A stretch of DNA of 64,000 nt, from positions 89,815 through 153,814 of the forward strand of contig ADNK01001400.1 of the NCBI GenBank assembly GCA_000320545.1. Reading direction: 5' to 3'. How positions within the stretch are numbered: position 1 is the stretch's first letter; each line of letters opens with the position of its first letter. Position numbers and translations under genes: made by a program. Shown in pieces: positions 62,616 through 64,000 of the stretch. This DNA comes from Bigelowiella natans CCMP2755 (lineage: Eukaryota > Protista > Cercozoa). The notes under the pieces are model-generated. The model ran no database searches. It was given only the letters and a program-made list of their open reading frames with translations, and was not told the DNA's origin.

Positions 62616-62740
62616 AACGGATCGATGTAATGAATTGAATCAAATTTGTTCGATCATGCTAGCTAGCATGCAATGGTCGGTCATCTTCATGCTAATATGT
62701 AGCTGTACGTACATGCTATGCAGCGGCTATACAGCGCTAT
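62616..62740 (+). repeat. Dispersed element, copy 4, expanded by short insertions
   Basis: ACGGAT[CGAT]GTAATG..TTTGTTC[20 nt]AATGGTC[GGTC]ATC..ATGTAGCTGTAC[GTAC]..GCAGCGGCTATACAGCGCT. Confidence 0.8.
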
Positions 62741-63448
62741 TTAGCAGTTGAATCTGTTGGTCTCCGCTACATGTGATGTGGCTCGATCATGCAATCAAAT
62801 GCATAGCATGTTGTTTATACTCTCGGTCTTTAATGTCGCGCATTTCGCGCAGCATGCAGTCTAGCGGTGCGGGTTCCATCGCGCGCAAGTCGATCAATCT
62901 TTTCGCTTTCGTGTTGCGATGCATTCGTTGCGATGTGTGTGGGATGCATCGCATGTGATCAAACCATCGAGCTAGCTAGCTATGGTTCAATCGATCATGT
63001 ATACGCGTTGTGCGCGACGTAGATGCGAGCCATCAATGCAACAGACAAACTAGACGACCAGACAGATGTAATGCACATGAATACAGCTGCGACGCCGGCT
63101 TTGCTATAGTTTGCTTGCTGTGCCAACATACCAAGCGTTTTATGGCAGCTCCAGAGTGCTATGCTATGCTATGCCCACAGACATTGTCTAGACAAGACAG
63201 TGCGTGTATTACATCATGCACACATGCGCCGGCACTGCTTTGCTCATCATTTGATTGCATATCTTACATTTCAAGCAGAGATCAATTGCTAATAGTAATG
63301 TAAAGTACCTTATCCATACATAATCGTCACATTCCATTGCTCCTAGCTTCACGGCAATGCAACAACCGAGGCGGGCAGCCACCACTTTTTGCGTATGTGG
63401 GCAAAACACTATGGTATGTTGTCAATCATCTACGACCGAGATTGAGAG

Positions 63449-63718
63449 CTATACTTCCCAACTTTCCGCCTCTAAATTTTCCTCTGGCAGGATGAGTCTC
63501 TCATGGCAAGAGGCGATCATCAATGAACCGCAGAGCGGGCATTCGAGCGAGGCAATCCTGTGTTATTTTCAATCGAGGGAAAGAGGGAAAATATCATTCT
63601 TAGAGAGTGAATACAATGCACACAGGCTAGTTTCCATGAACTCATCGCCCTCAAACAACAATCTCCGTTGACATCCACGTCTCGCCCTCCCAACAGCCCC
63701 CGCTTCTCTCCCCCCCCC

Positions 63719-63762
<44 letters not shown>

Positions 63763-63933
63763 GAATAAAGCAGAAGTATCCCCGAGCCGCATCTGCTGCT
63801 GCTGCTGCTGCTACTGCTACTGTCACATCAAACACGCACGAGAAATGGCCCAAAAGTACCGTTTCCATTCGCTCCGAGTGATGTCAACGAGCGCTAAGCT
63901 TGCCGAACCCTGTGCAGCACACGATAGAATCAA

Positions 63934-64000
<67 letters not shown>
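63449..64000 (-). CDS. VPS18: Probable 3' end of VPS18/PEP3 (C-terminal RING half)
   Basis: Terminal exon IASLECPLCGSLMIASCHERLILPEENLEAESWEV* resembles the Vps18 C-terminus (ECPxCGxxMI..SW). Confidence 0.6.

Overview
Intron-rich eukaryotic nuclear DNA with about 20 spliced genes, GT-AG introns and many (TA)n/(TG)n/(GA)n microsatellites. A chlorarachniophyte alga (Bigelowiella-like) is my inference from gene style and a signal-peptide plus transit-peptide leader; it is not proven. Recognisable genes: a tandem cNMP-binding protein (3' part), an auxilin-type J protein, a 2OG-Fe(II) oxygenase-like protein, a chromodomain protein, a Clu-ankyrin-UBA protein, CDK1 (PSTAIRE), DUF4787, CDC48/p97, DUF3431, Gemin5 abutting or fused to a bacterial-type isochorismatase-like hydrolase, a YghU-type GST, TRM10, an ELO elongase, glutaredoxin-3/PICOT and the 3' end of a probable VPS18. 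The strongest unexplained signal is non-coding. Three intergenic tracts of about 1 kb in the first 10 kb have lost almost all TpA except in CTAG/CTA/TAG, while CpG is abundant, and repeat copies differ by TG versus CA at the same position. This suggests a regional TpA to TpG/CpA (A-to-G) hypermutation process. A ~90-bp dispersed element lies 3' of four genes at the edge of CTAG/GCATGC-rich spacers, and one copy has grown by 4-nt and palindromic insertions. CDS coordinates are gene spans including introns, read by eye, and several ends are approximate.
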